Notes under the pieces: generated by a model
Told to the model about the DNA's origin: nothing
What the model saw: the letters and a program-made list of their open reading frames with translations, nothing else
Database searches by the model: none
Shown: positions 52,985-64,000 of the stretch, piece after piece
Layout of the letters: each line of letters starts with the position of its first letter
Position numbering within the stretch: the stretch's first letter is position 1
Source of the DNA: Antedon mediterranea
Lineage: Eukaryota; Animalia; Echinodermata
Direction of reading: 5' to 3'
DNA: 64,000 nucleotides
Assembly (NCBI RefSeq): GCF_964355755.1
Contig: NC_092677.1
Location: 23,795,175 to 23,859,174, forward strand
Translations under genes and position numbers: made by a program

Positions 52985-54123
52985 AATTAACAGTGCACAA
53001 CGGAGAAATCTGAATTACAGTTAGTAGGCCTAATAGTAGCTCAAACTTCTTTGAAATTACATAAATAGTGCATGAAAGCCGTTCATTGGAACTTGTTTAT
53101 TAATAAAAAAATAACAGAAATATGTTCTATTTTATTCACAGAATAAGTATCAATTAAGACTGGCAATTGTTTCCCTTAGTTTGTAACGAGATATGAATAA
53201 GTACAATAATAATCGAATAAAGGACAACGTCACTTCCGTTTTACTTCCGGTGTAAGTCGATGACTTGGTAACAAAGTCGTCTATTTTTGTCTGACTTACA
53301 AGTGCGATTAACAAAATTCTTTTGCACAAGGAGGACAGAATACAGTATTTTGCGTGTTCATTTAAAATTGTCTGATATTAAGTAATTATGAGTGTTGTCA
53401 TTTCCAATCATTTCACCTTTCTTTCGCTCAAGGATGGCGCATGCCTTGTCTGAAGTTTGCATTACAAAACTATGCATTGGTGGTGCGGGGAAACTATCGA
53501 GTAAAAAAAGTCATTTTGCGCGCTCAGCATCATGTGCCTGCGCGGAATGACATTTTTACTCCATGCGCGTAGTCTAGTGAAGGAAATGGCGCTAGCTTTT
53601 AGCTTTAATAACAGTATTTTCTTGACTTGAAGATGGAACAGCGCTTTCAAAAATACGTTTACGCCTTCCTCAGAGTAATTTTTGTTACGTTAAACATAAT
53701 AATTAATTTTCGTTGTCTAGGCCATATCATTTTGAAAAATATGTTCCATAGTAGGCCTATTGCTAAGACTATAAAAGAATAATTATTACTAAAAAAATTT
53801 TCTTTATAAGAATTTTGCGATTCTTAGTTAGAAAAAAAGTATTGAAATACGGACAAGTCGAAATGTTTTACTTGTTTCAAGAAATATTTTACTTGAAGCA
53901 AGTTTTTTTTTTATTAATGATAACCGAAATTTGTCTGTGTGAAACCGGCAAAAAAAATTATCGATCAATAATTTTGTCCCCTATGGTGAGCTATTTTGTA
54001 AACTTACATAGAACTTTGGAACACTCCTATTGAGTATTAATTGCATACACTTTCCTATGAATTTTTAACGTCGATATGTTTAAAACATGCAATGTTCAGC
54101 ATGAATTAACATTTATTTAATGC

Positions 54124-54235
54124 TATAGGGGACACCCCTATTAAGTGACACTTTCTTGGATGTCTTCTTAATATAGGTTCTACTCCATGGTTGTTTTACA
54201 GGAGGTATCCGCTTCATAGGTGTGTCACCTGAATA
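54124..54235. mobile_element. pogo/Tigger-like MITE remnant
   Basis: GGGGACACCCCTATTAAGTGACAC..GTCTTCTTAATATAGGTTCTACT..GTGTCACCTGAATA motifs shared with 5771 and 27835. Confidence 0.45.
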
Positions 54236-55962
54236 TTGCATATCTCTGTAAAGTGGAAGTCAAATGTTTGGTAATGATTTATTTCAGACAAACGCCTACA
54301 CTGTTCTATGATTTACTCTTTTAGTTTACTGCTATACAATTGCATGTATAAACTGTAACAGACTAGACTAGTTTACTTTATTACAGTTATTAAAATAATT
54401 ATGTCGCGTCAGCATGTGTTACGTCATAAATAGATTTAGAAGAATAGGGATGTTATACATATGAATTGTCTGGATGATACACAATGACACCCTTTCCAAA
54501 CAAAAAAATAGTACATTGGTCTTTTAATTGACAAAAATGTCTGGCAAAAAAAAATTGTATTCTCACAGATTTTTGCCGGTCCACATTTGGCATTGAATGG
54601 GAATCGAAATGACAACAATAAGTTCGTTGAACGAATCTAGGCCTTTTAATGAGTCACTTGTATAGGGTCATTCCTCTTTTTTTGGCCTCGGTAGGAGGTT
54701 GTTCCCGCCGCAGTTGCATTCGGATCGCCTTTCTGCCACAAACTGAAAATGTGGTCAAGACAACAGTTTCTACGATTTCCATTTCACAGCGTGAATATCC
54801 TAATTTTCTATTATAGTCTTGTATTTATGCGTTGTTTTCAATACCACAATGGCGACAAACAAAATCGGAAGTAGTTTAATAGCACAACTGAACTATATAA
54901 GACGGCCTAAAAACGAACGTACGCCTAATTATATCTTATCTGTAATCAACGAAAGTGGAATGAAAAGTATAGGCCTAATGCGTCTTCATGATACTGGAGA
55001 ACTCCAGACACAGTACCGAGAATCGGGTGCTCTACCCATAATATGCAATTTAGCCTACTATTAAGTTAGGCTGCAACACAAAATATTTACCACTTTACAT
55101 TAGGTAAGTTCTATAAAGATAATAAAAAATTACTTTAAAGAATGCCCTTAAGAAATAGTTCGTTATTACTAAATTTTTAATTTTTAGGATGATATAGAAA
55201 TTAAACTGGGCCAATTATAGAAGAAATAATGCTTACAATGTCCATTCCAGTCCAACAAAAATACCCGGTAAGTTCGGGCAACATTTTAAACCACCATCTA
55301 CCACACCATGTTTGGATAAATTCTTTGAAATACTATATAAACTAGGCATAAATTTATACCTAATTAGATATCCTTGACCTCATAGTTAGACTCTATTGTT
55401 ATATAATTCCCGACAAACCCCTTAAAATGATCTGAATAGGTCTAATAAGCGTACGTAGTTAATTAAGTGTACGTTTTCATGAAATATATCTGTAAAAAAA
55501 CACTGATTTTTTCCTTGTTCTGTCTGCAAACCATAAGTACGCATTGTATACGATTGATTCTGGCGGAGTCGGAATTTGTTGATGCATGTGATTTACAATA
55601 TCATGTTTTCAGATACTTAAAGATTATCGTCTGTGTAACCATTGAGTGAAGTTTAATATTATTAGCAAAGTCATTATCATTGATTGCGATGAATTTGTAA
55701 ATTATGTATGATTACAGTCTGTGTCGAAACCAAATATCTTTTTAAAAACAATTGCTTAATAGTACGATTCTAATTAAATACTTTTAATTGCGAGTATGAC
55801 AACATTGAAAATAAACCAACGTAACTAGAAGAACCACTTACTTCTTCTCATTCATAAACTGTGTACTGGTAATTCAATTGTTTGATTGTATTATTTCAAA
55901 AGTATATTCTTGCTTATGAACAATGGTATTTAGCCTAACTGATTGCCCAAATCATTCGTATA

Positions 55963-56292
55963 CTGGTTGATCACGAGCAATCATTACCTACTGGTTGCTT
56001 ACGAGCAATCGTTATCGTTACCGACTGGTTGCTCACAAGCAATCGTCAACTGGTTGCTCACGAGCAATCGTTACCGACTGTTTGCTCCTGAGATCATCAA
56101 CTCGTCACTCACGAGCAACTGTCAACTGGTTGCTCGCGAACAATCATCAATTGGTTGCTCACGAGCAATCGTCAATTGGTTGCTCACGAGCAATCGTCAA
56201 CTGGTTGCTCACGAGCAATCGTCAACTGGTGTCTCACGAGCAATCATCAACTGGTTGCTCATGATCAACCGTTAACTGGTCGCCCATGAGCA
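55963..56292. repeat. 25-bp tandem array, about 13 units (CTGGTTGCTCACGAGCAATCGTCAA) with an internal palindrome
   Basis: Period 25; the core TTGCTC-AC-GAGCAA is an inverted repeat. Confidence 0.9.
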
Positions 56293-57671
56293 ATAATTGT
56301 CTTCCAAGCAATCGGCTGGTCGCTTAGATAAATCGTATTCGATTAGTCGCTTACGGAAAGAGTTCGAATATTTCCACTTCGTATATCGTTCGTTTCACGA
56401 GAATGTGTCTTTTTTATAGGCATATGCGTGTCCCTTGAATATAGACAGACACAATTTCCCTCGCTCGTTCGTTTTGGAAAGTGTCCCCAGCAAGTGATGT
56501 TGGGGTGAACCAAAGAAAGGGGTCTATACGTATGTCTGCATGAGAAATCCACTAACTTGATCTCAATGTATTCTACAGTGTTTGTATATTTTCTCTAGTA
56601 TCTGTTTGCACGACACTGATTTGTCTTTGGTAAACAGTACTCACAAACACAATGACGTTACAATCGCTTAGCACTGAAAAGCTTACAGATTTGCCGATGG
56701 TGTTTAACGAGGTAGGCCTACTTGTGGAAATCTTAACCGTAACGATTGCAGTGTTTAGTGACAAATTGTGATTTTTTTTGTTTGCATTTTACTGGAACAG
56801 CCCCTATTCAAAGTTTTCAAAAGTATTAACAGAGATTGTTAAGGATTCCTAACAAAGGGTACTGCAATACCAAAGCGAGATATAGTTATACGCCAATGGT
56901 AATACTATAGTTGATTGTGCTGTTTGAATATGTTTTATTCTGAAAGGTAGACCTGTATAAACGTTCTCAGAACAGTTGTACGGCACAGGTGGTAGTTTAC
57001 CTAAAGGCAATACATTCACGTGTATCGTATTCCATATGTAGTATTGGTAAGACTTGACACTAGGACTGAGAATGGGGTATTTTCAGCAACTTTCAATTCT
57101 AGCCCGAGGCCCGACTTCGATACAAATTCGGCCATCGATGCAGAATTGTTTATCGCAGCTGAGGCGGATAACGATCATAACTATAACGAAATACCTTCCC
57201 AATTTAGACTTTATGGATGAACAGAAAATCAGTCAGAATCTGTGTTAAGTTACGGTTCCGTAGGTACTGTAATGTTTTCCCCTCAAACCCGTATAAAGAA
57301 GTTCTATCTATTACATCAACGCAAACAACTTGCTATTGGTACGATAATGCAATATAAGTCAAACAAACTATTTAAAGAGTTTACATCTGTAGTTTCTTCT
57401 GATATTTCTCAAAAGATTGCGATGTTTTGAAGAAAATGCACTTCTTTTTACAGTTATTACACCCCATAACAACACACGCTTGACTGTGCGTATTCACTTC
57501 TGATTTTCCACATGGGTGATGTTCTACATTGTTGTATGGCCATCCAATCATTGCCTAATTTGACATTTTTCAAGACGGCTTCTACTTTCTTTTCAATCTT
57601 TTGTAACGTGATCGTTGAGCCACAACAAAAGTGTTTTTCATTGGTATTCCGTTTCGAGTGGAATCATTTAA

Positions 57672-58038
57672 TTAAACAACAAGAATGTATAGTTTGCAAT
57701 AGGTATAACGAAAATCAGTTTCCTTGCATAAAACGTTATTAAACTTTATGCCAATTTATGAACAAATTTGAATTGCATAATACATCTCCAAAAGTAAAAC
57801 TTTCACTTTTGGGAAGAGTGGAATTTCTTTCCCGGTTTTTAACATCAACTTTCCTTAAACAACAAGATATACTTTGCAATAGGTATAACAAACATCTTGC
57901 ATACAACGTTAATAAACTTTATGCCAATTTATGGACAAATTTAAATGGCATATACCGTATACATCTCCAAAAGTAAAAATGTTCACTGTTTGGAAATTTG
58001 GAATTTCTTCACCGGTTTTCTAACGTCAACTTTCCTAA
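57672..58038. repeat. Local tandem duplication, period about 183 bp
   Basis: TTAAACAACAAGA..TTGCAATAGGTATAAC..AAACTTTATGCCAATTTATG..ACATCTCCAAAAGTAAAA..TGGAATTTCTT..CAACTTTCCT at 57672 and 57854. Confidence 0.9.
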
Positions 58039-60461
58039 ATCCCTCAGCAGTTCAGGAAGTGAAAACCTGATCTGCATCGAAATATGGAACAAGAATAAAT
58101 ACAACCCACATCAAATTTCATCACAGTGTTTAATAGCTTGTTTACCAAACGTTATCGTTGATTTGGTCGAATTCACGAACGTAAAATATACGAAACGACA
58201 TAAAGTAATATTAAACAAAACCACAACAACCGCTCAACACTCAATAACAATTCGTGTTAGCGCTACTACCCCTTTAAGCTGGTTTTCAACACACTTTTAT
58301 AGCTGCAAATGTTTATGATACCAAACTTTAACGATCACCCTAAGTCTCCCATCGGGCTTGAAGATGTTCACTTCGATGTCTCTCATTAGGAGGGTGATGA
58401 GGAGCAGCTATTTTTGGAGCAATGGAGATCTCCACGGAGAAATTAATTGAACTCTTAACCCTCAATTTTATCAAAATCTAATAAGGTATGGGTTATGTAT
58501 TTGCTCGTTCACAATCTTTAGGTTTAAAGGAAATGAAAAATGCTTGTTTAATACTCTGTATTTTTATTTAGAGCGCGTAAATTATGTCACAATACGGAAG
58601 TTCCACTTCTTTATATTTTGTTGGGTGTAAATAAATCATGTGACCTACCGGTTTTTACTACAGGCAACAAGTTTAGTATAATTTTCTCCAACCAAACGGG
58701 TCTAACGGGTTTTTTATTTTAAATCTTTTCAATATAGTTTTCTCTAATAATAAAATATATTATATTTAATCATCTGTGTAAACTATTAACATTATCTTTA
58801 TTTCAAACTTTATTTCAGCTAGATTCTAGATAACTAATATTATTTTGCTTAGAATTTTGGCGATTTTAACGTTTTGTTAAAAAAAAAATTAAGTACAAGC
58901 ATATTGTTACTGATATTAAAAACAGAAAGACAAAATTTAAGCCACACATTTCAAACGGCATTTTATAATACATGTGTTTATCTATTTGTTATGCTAAGCA
59001 AACGTACGCGTGTGTGAGCATATATTTATATACATTATACTTACTTAGTTTTTCTAACACTTTATTTATTTCTCAAATATTTTCTCTCTAAATATACATA
59101 TTACTTAAGGGCTTATTTGCGCATTGACTCGGCAACGACGATGTGGTTGAATCAATCGCACTGGTATACTGTCTGTGTTTTTAGACCAATTGATACTTTA
59201 TTATTACAGTATCAATGCTTAAAACTGGATTTATAACGTGTACCGTAATATATTTTATAAACTATTCAGTTTTTAATGTATTATATTTTCGGTAGCGTGG
59301 TAACAAATTAAACATAGCCATCCATAGTTTGTTAACGCACTTACAAGTATTCTTTATTTGACGACAATTTACCATTTTGAAATACGTTTGCACATTTTAA
59401 TTAATATGGCCTACTAATATTAAAACGCATGCTAATTATAATAGGCCAGTTGAATTAATATTCGTACATTAGGGTTCATGATAAGGTGCACTGGATAACA
59501 TAATTACTTTTGTAGACATTTTTTTCTCTTAAGTTGACGTGCAATAGTCAGTTAGAATCTATATCGTGACAGCTGTAAAATTGGATGAATAAATTTATTT
59601 TAAAAAAAGAGATAAATAAGTAATAATCCGCTTTCTTCAGAAGGAAAGTCATAACAATGTTTAACGTAACGGTTGACAAACATAATTTAAAATATGAAAA
59701 TAAGTAGTCTTGTTGGCATAATTCTATTATTATTTTGTTTAAAGAATGACATTATTATTTATTTATTAAGTGGTGTCAAATTCGTTCTCTATCAGAACCG
59801 CGTTTCAGATGCGCGGAGCAGCAGCGGTTAGAAAACGCGTCATCGTCAGCTTTCCTTTAGATCTTCAAACGAAAAGTTTAGTGTAACAAGTATAGGCCTA
59901 AGACAACCTCGTAGTCAACTGATAATTGTATAAACATTACGTAAACCAAATGTTTCGTCCATGAGTGAAATGGTAAATTTCAATACAATAGAATCGGATC
60001 ATTTAAGTAAATATAGCAGGTTACTCAATGACACGTGTTGTAACATAATCCAGCAACATTTTAATTGTGTTTGTATGGTAATTAACAGAGAGTTAACGCT
60101 TTTAACCGTATACATATCGCTTCTCATATACTATGCCTCTGATTGATTTACTCCATGTCAATTATGAGCTTATTGTTTTCATATTAAGATCTTCCAATGT
60201 TGATTTGAGTGGCAGGTTAATCGATAATTGATATATCGCAGTTTAGAAGACGTTCATTTGACGAGTCATTTACTAACGAAGATGAACAATATTTTAATAT
60301 AGTAATTATTTGTTGATTAAAATATAAGATCGTATGTCAATGTCTCAATCCAATATATTAATGCTTTTGCATTGTTATAACGTTTATTTCCCACTGGTCT
60401 GAATATTTGTATTTTAAGGCAAGTTGCTTGTTTAAATTTAGCATTCAAGCGACCACATTTA

Positions 60462-60555
60462 AGCTCTGTCTACGTATCAAACTAGTTCGACAAAAAAAAT
60501 GGTGATGTGCTCAAATATGGTTATGATATGACCAAATATAGTAGAGATATGACAG
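60462..60555 (+). mobile_element. Harbinger-like MITE family A, 5' part
   Basis: TTA|AGCTCTGTCTACGTATCAAACTAGTTCGACAAAA..GTGATGTGCTCAAATATGG. Confidence 0.8.
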
Positions 60556-60608
60556 CACACAAATGTTGAGATAGTAGAGCTTCTTAAGCGTCTTCAAGTA
60601 GAGCCAAT

Positions 60609-61178
60609 TGTGTATATATAGGCAAATGTTAAATATTGTTAAGTAACATAGTCAAATTCTAAATACAGAGAACATGTTACGTTATGTTTTACCTTATAAG
60701 TGTGATATAACACTTTCCTTATAATATAAGATACAGATGCACTGACATTTGAAAATGATAGATCTGGGCCCATCTTATTCTCTCATAAATAAAAGAAGAA
60801 TATTAAAACAAAAACGTCATCAGTGGTAATGTTAGTTCATTTTAATTATCCATTATCATTATTTGAATCAGTCTTTCTTATCATTTCATCACAGTCATTA
60901 AATAGCCAGAGCAATCTGTAGCGTTATTTATGTGTATCTAGGCAAATTATATATATTTTATAGTAAAATAGAAACATTCTAAATACAGTAGAACATGTTA
61001 CGTTGTTTTTCCCTTATGATAGGAAACTTTCCTAAGATTTGAAAATGATATAAATGCCATAATTCTATAGATAATTCCATCACTGGTAATGTTAGGCCTA
61101 GTTCGACATGATCCATTATCCATTATTATCATTATTTTAATCAGTCATTAAATACAGAACACAGTCTGTAACGTTATT
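60609..61178. repeat. Local tandem duplication, period about 322 bp
   Basis: TAGGCAAAT..TTCTAAATACAG..AGAACATGTTACGTT..ATTTGAAAATGATA..TGGTAATGTTAG..CAGTCATTAAATA..TCTGTA.CGTTATT at 60609 and 60931. Confidence 0.85.
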
Positions 61179-61920
61179 CGTCATATTTTCGTATTAATCA
61201 TCTTTCATCAGCTCAAACAAAGATGTGTTTCCGAATTCATGTAAAACCTCCCGTTGGTGTTACGATGATTCAGACGCTCGCGGCGTGATGTAGCTCTGTC
61301 GTCTGCTAGCAGTCCCAAGTGACGTAATCATTTGGTAATCATATCGAAGACCAAAAAACAGTTCCAATTAATTTCTCCATGCAATTAATATTCAGGCATG
61401 AGTGTCAGCGGTCATCTATTCAGGTGACTGAACGATTTTCCCCTTAAATGCTGTTCGCTTCCCGCTGGAATTCATTTCAGGAGATACTATACTTTCATTC
61501 TGCAGCTTGACAACGGCACAAACTCGATGTCAGTGGACTAATTAGAATTTTAGGTAATTACAAATTGCGTAGTTTTCTTGATGGGAACTTTTGCTGACAC
61601 TAGGGGAGAGACAGTGATCACTCAATTGGAATAGACCCATGTGCTAAATATTTTTATGTGATTGATATCTCAGCCTGAAAAAAATACATTTCCCTATAAT
61701 AAAGTGTAATTTCACTATTTCCTGATGATACTGAATTATGGATTAAACATAAATAATACTATTTTTAAATTATAGAGACATTTAGAAAGCGTATAAATAA
61801 CTTTATAAGTTATCATCAATGGTGAAACCTAACGTTACAATATTAGAAGATATACGGTATATTAGGCTAGCCTAAACCTGAAGTAAATAACAGCACACAG
61901 TGTTGCCGTGTGGTTATTAA

Positions 61921-62097
61921 GCTTGGTTCACACTAGAACGTAATGCAAGGACGTAAACGTAACGCAAGCGTTTTAACCAATGACAAGCGAAGTTATAGAC
62001 AGTTAGCAATCACAAGCGAATAAGCCATCGCTCGTGATTGGTCAATTCACTTGCGTTGCGTTACGTCCATGTGTTGCGTCGCTAGTGGGAACCACGC
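61921..62097. mobile_element. Harbinger-like MITE (177 bp)
   Basis: Imperfect TIRs of about 50 bp, GCTTGGTTCACACTAGAACGTAATGCAAGGACGTAAACGTAACGCAAG / CTTGCGTTGCGTTACGTCCATGTGTTGCGTCGCTAGTGGGAACCACGC; TTAA on both flanks. Confidence 0.8.
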
Positions 62098-63149
62098 TTA
62101 AGTGTTGAGTAGACTACCTAACGGGTAATCAAGAAATTTCGGTGGAGTACCTTACACAGGGTGTTGACAAATCACAAACGTATACTGACTCTTTTTGCCT
62201 CGCGGGTATTTTTGGCTCTTGATGATTTCCCCTAAAACGCAATCATGGCATACAAAAGGCTTTCTCGAAAAAGGGCATTCTTTGTCGACCTAATGAAGCA
62301 TGTAGAAACACACATGTAAGTTTTGTATCATAACATACCACTAACCTCATTACATTACATAAGCAACTATTTCCTTCTCATAGTTATATATACCGTAGTC
62401 ATTTGATATATACATATTGAAACATGGAATTTGATTGTAGTGCTGTACCATTTTTGGTAATTAGGTTACGAGGAAATATTTGTATTTAATATCATTGTCT
62501 TTATACTCGATATCTGAACATCCCCTCCTCCACGTCTTGTACTGCTTATGCCGAAATATTATAAATAAAGAATACATATAGATGTAGACTTAGGCCTGTC
62601 ATTCCACTTAACGAATTTTTCGAAATTGATCACAAATGTTGAAATTGTTGTGTGAATTAAACGTAAATAAGTGAGGATAACATCTAAATGGACTTTCCGA
62701 CGGCAGAGAGCAAAGGAAGTTTACGTTTTTGAGGTCTCCAAATTGACCACTTTGATGCATCAATTGGCCCGTATGTTGTCAACATGTGTTTGACATAAAC
62801 AACTTTATACCAAAAGTCTCGCTTCAAAATGTTTAATTGATGGAGTGTAGACACGTTAGTAGAAATTGCTAACCATAAGCAATGTTGTATGTAAAAACAA
62901 ATTAGCATGGTTATGTATGTTAGTCGTTGATTGATATAAAACACCGCGAGAAATGTTACCGTCTGTTAAACTAAACCAGGAAGTGTTTTGATGACCGCAC
63001 ATAGGCATAATAGACATACAATCAAACTTGATCACTGGATATTAAGACACAATTGTGATGTAATAAATATTGTGTTTTCATGTTTGTGTTGTACTTCGTT
63101 TCTCATCAGTAGCGTACCGGTATGTTATACCACAAAAATGTACTAATGA

Positions 63150-63335
63150 ATGTTTGAATGCGCGCGTACAAAAACTGAACCATTGTCATCAGTATTTAAA
63201 CGCGCGCGTACGAAAACCGACCCATTGTCATTAATGTTTAAACGCGCGCGTACGAAAGCCGAACCATTTTCATCAATGTTTTAACGCATGCGTATAGAAA
63301 TGAACCGTTTCAAATCGATGTTTAAACGCGCGCGT
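63150..63335. repeat. 42-bp tandem repeat, about 4.5 units (TTTAAACGCGCGCGTACGAAAACCGAACCATTGTCATCA...)
   Basis: Direct periodicity; CpG-rich CGCGCGCG core. Confidence 0.85.
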
Positions 63336-64000
63336 AATTGTTCTTCTTCTTCATGTGATTACATCCGGTTAGACAATGAGTTTTATTTCAGGGAACGTGC
63401 ATGAAATAGGAGCATTTATGTTCATGCTTGCAGACCTTGACATTACTCCCGGATTTGTATGACTAATAAGCTCCTCGCAATAATAGGCCTACCCCTTAGT
63501 TTACTTGAAATGACCCTCTTGGCCCCAGTACCATAACATAGTGACGGGGATGCATAATGCTTTTTCTGTATTATGTGATTAAAACGCAAAGCTTTGTTAT
63601 GGATGGTATGGCCTATAGAAGCGAACCAATGCTTATAATACATGCAATTGAATCATTACAAAAACACGTATGTTTACAAATAATATTATAATGATAACGA
63701 TAACGAAATATTTGATTTAAACACGTATTTAGTATTACTGCACTTCATTATAACAATTTAAGTCCTTAAATAAATTTGTATTCTGGCCCATTTTTAGTTT
63801 GTTAAAACTTTGTTATTTATGTTGAAACGACGAAAAAAAGTAAGCTAAAACTTAAAAAGCAATTTGTCGTTATTTATTGACAGAGGGAGGGAGGTAAACA
63901 GCGCCGTCGGCAAACACGAGCGTTCTTTGAAACCACATTGAGAGATTCGCTGTTTTCAACGCGTTTCATATCTACTGTACTTTCAACGTAATGAGATATT

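Noticed and set aside
55943-56292. CRISPR-like palindromic repeats and their ORFs
   Set aside because: Units are contiguous with no unique spacers, there are no cas genes, and the context is eukaryotic.
100-63643. Remaining 60-130 aa ORFs in the track
   Set aside because: Short, with AT-biased composition, many non-ATG starts or overlap with repeats; no recognisable domains or splice-consistent exon chain.

Overview
AT-rich (roughly one-third GC by eye) invertebrate animal genomic DNA, probably a deuterostome such as an echinoderm (inferred from a Deu/Nin-domain SINE and overall sequence style). The only convincing protein-coding gene is an intronless FoxL1 forkhead gene on the minus strand (ATG at 9369, stop at 7948, 473 aa, with an eh1 motif). 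About 54 kb upstream is a gene desert holding candidate enhancers (several Gli-type sites), MITEs (Harbinger-, EnSpm-, pogo-, hAT- and Helentron-like), SINEs, LINE tails, minisatellites and five local 180-320 bp tandem duplications. The most unusual signal is a dense record of apparent DNA-transposon excision scars. (1) Fixed micro-insertions at TA sites (TA-GGCC-TA, TA-GCC-TA, TA-CAG-TA, TA-CCG-TA): filled/empty pairs inside the window show these are insertions, and they are often stacked. (2) Foldbacks of about 17+17 nt with CA...TG ends and 7-8 bp target-site duplications, matching P-superfamily transposase excision chemistry. All counts and alignments were done by eye.
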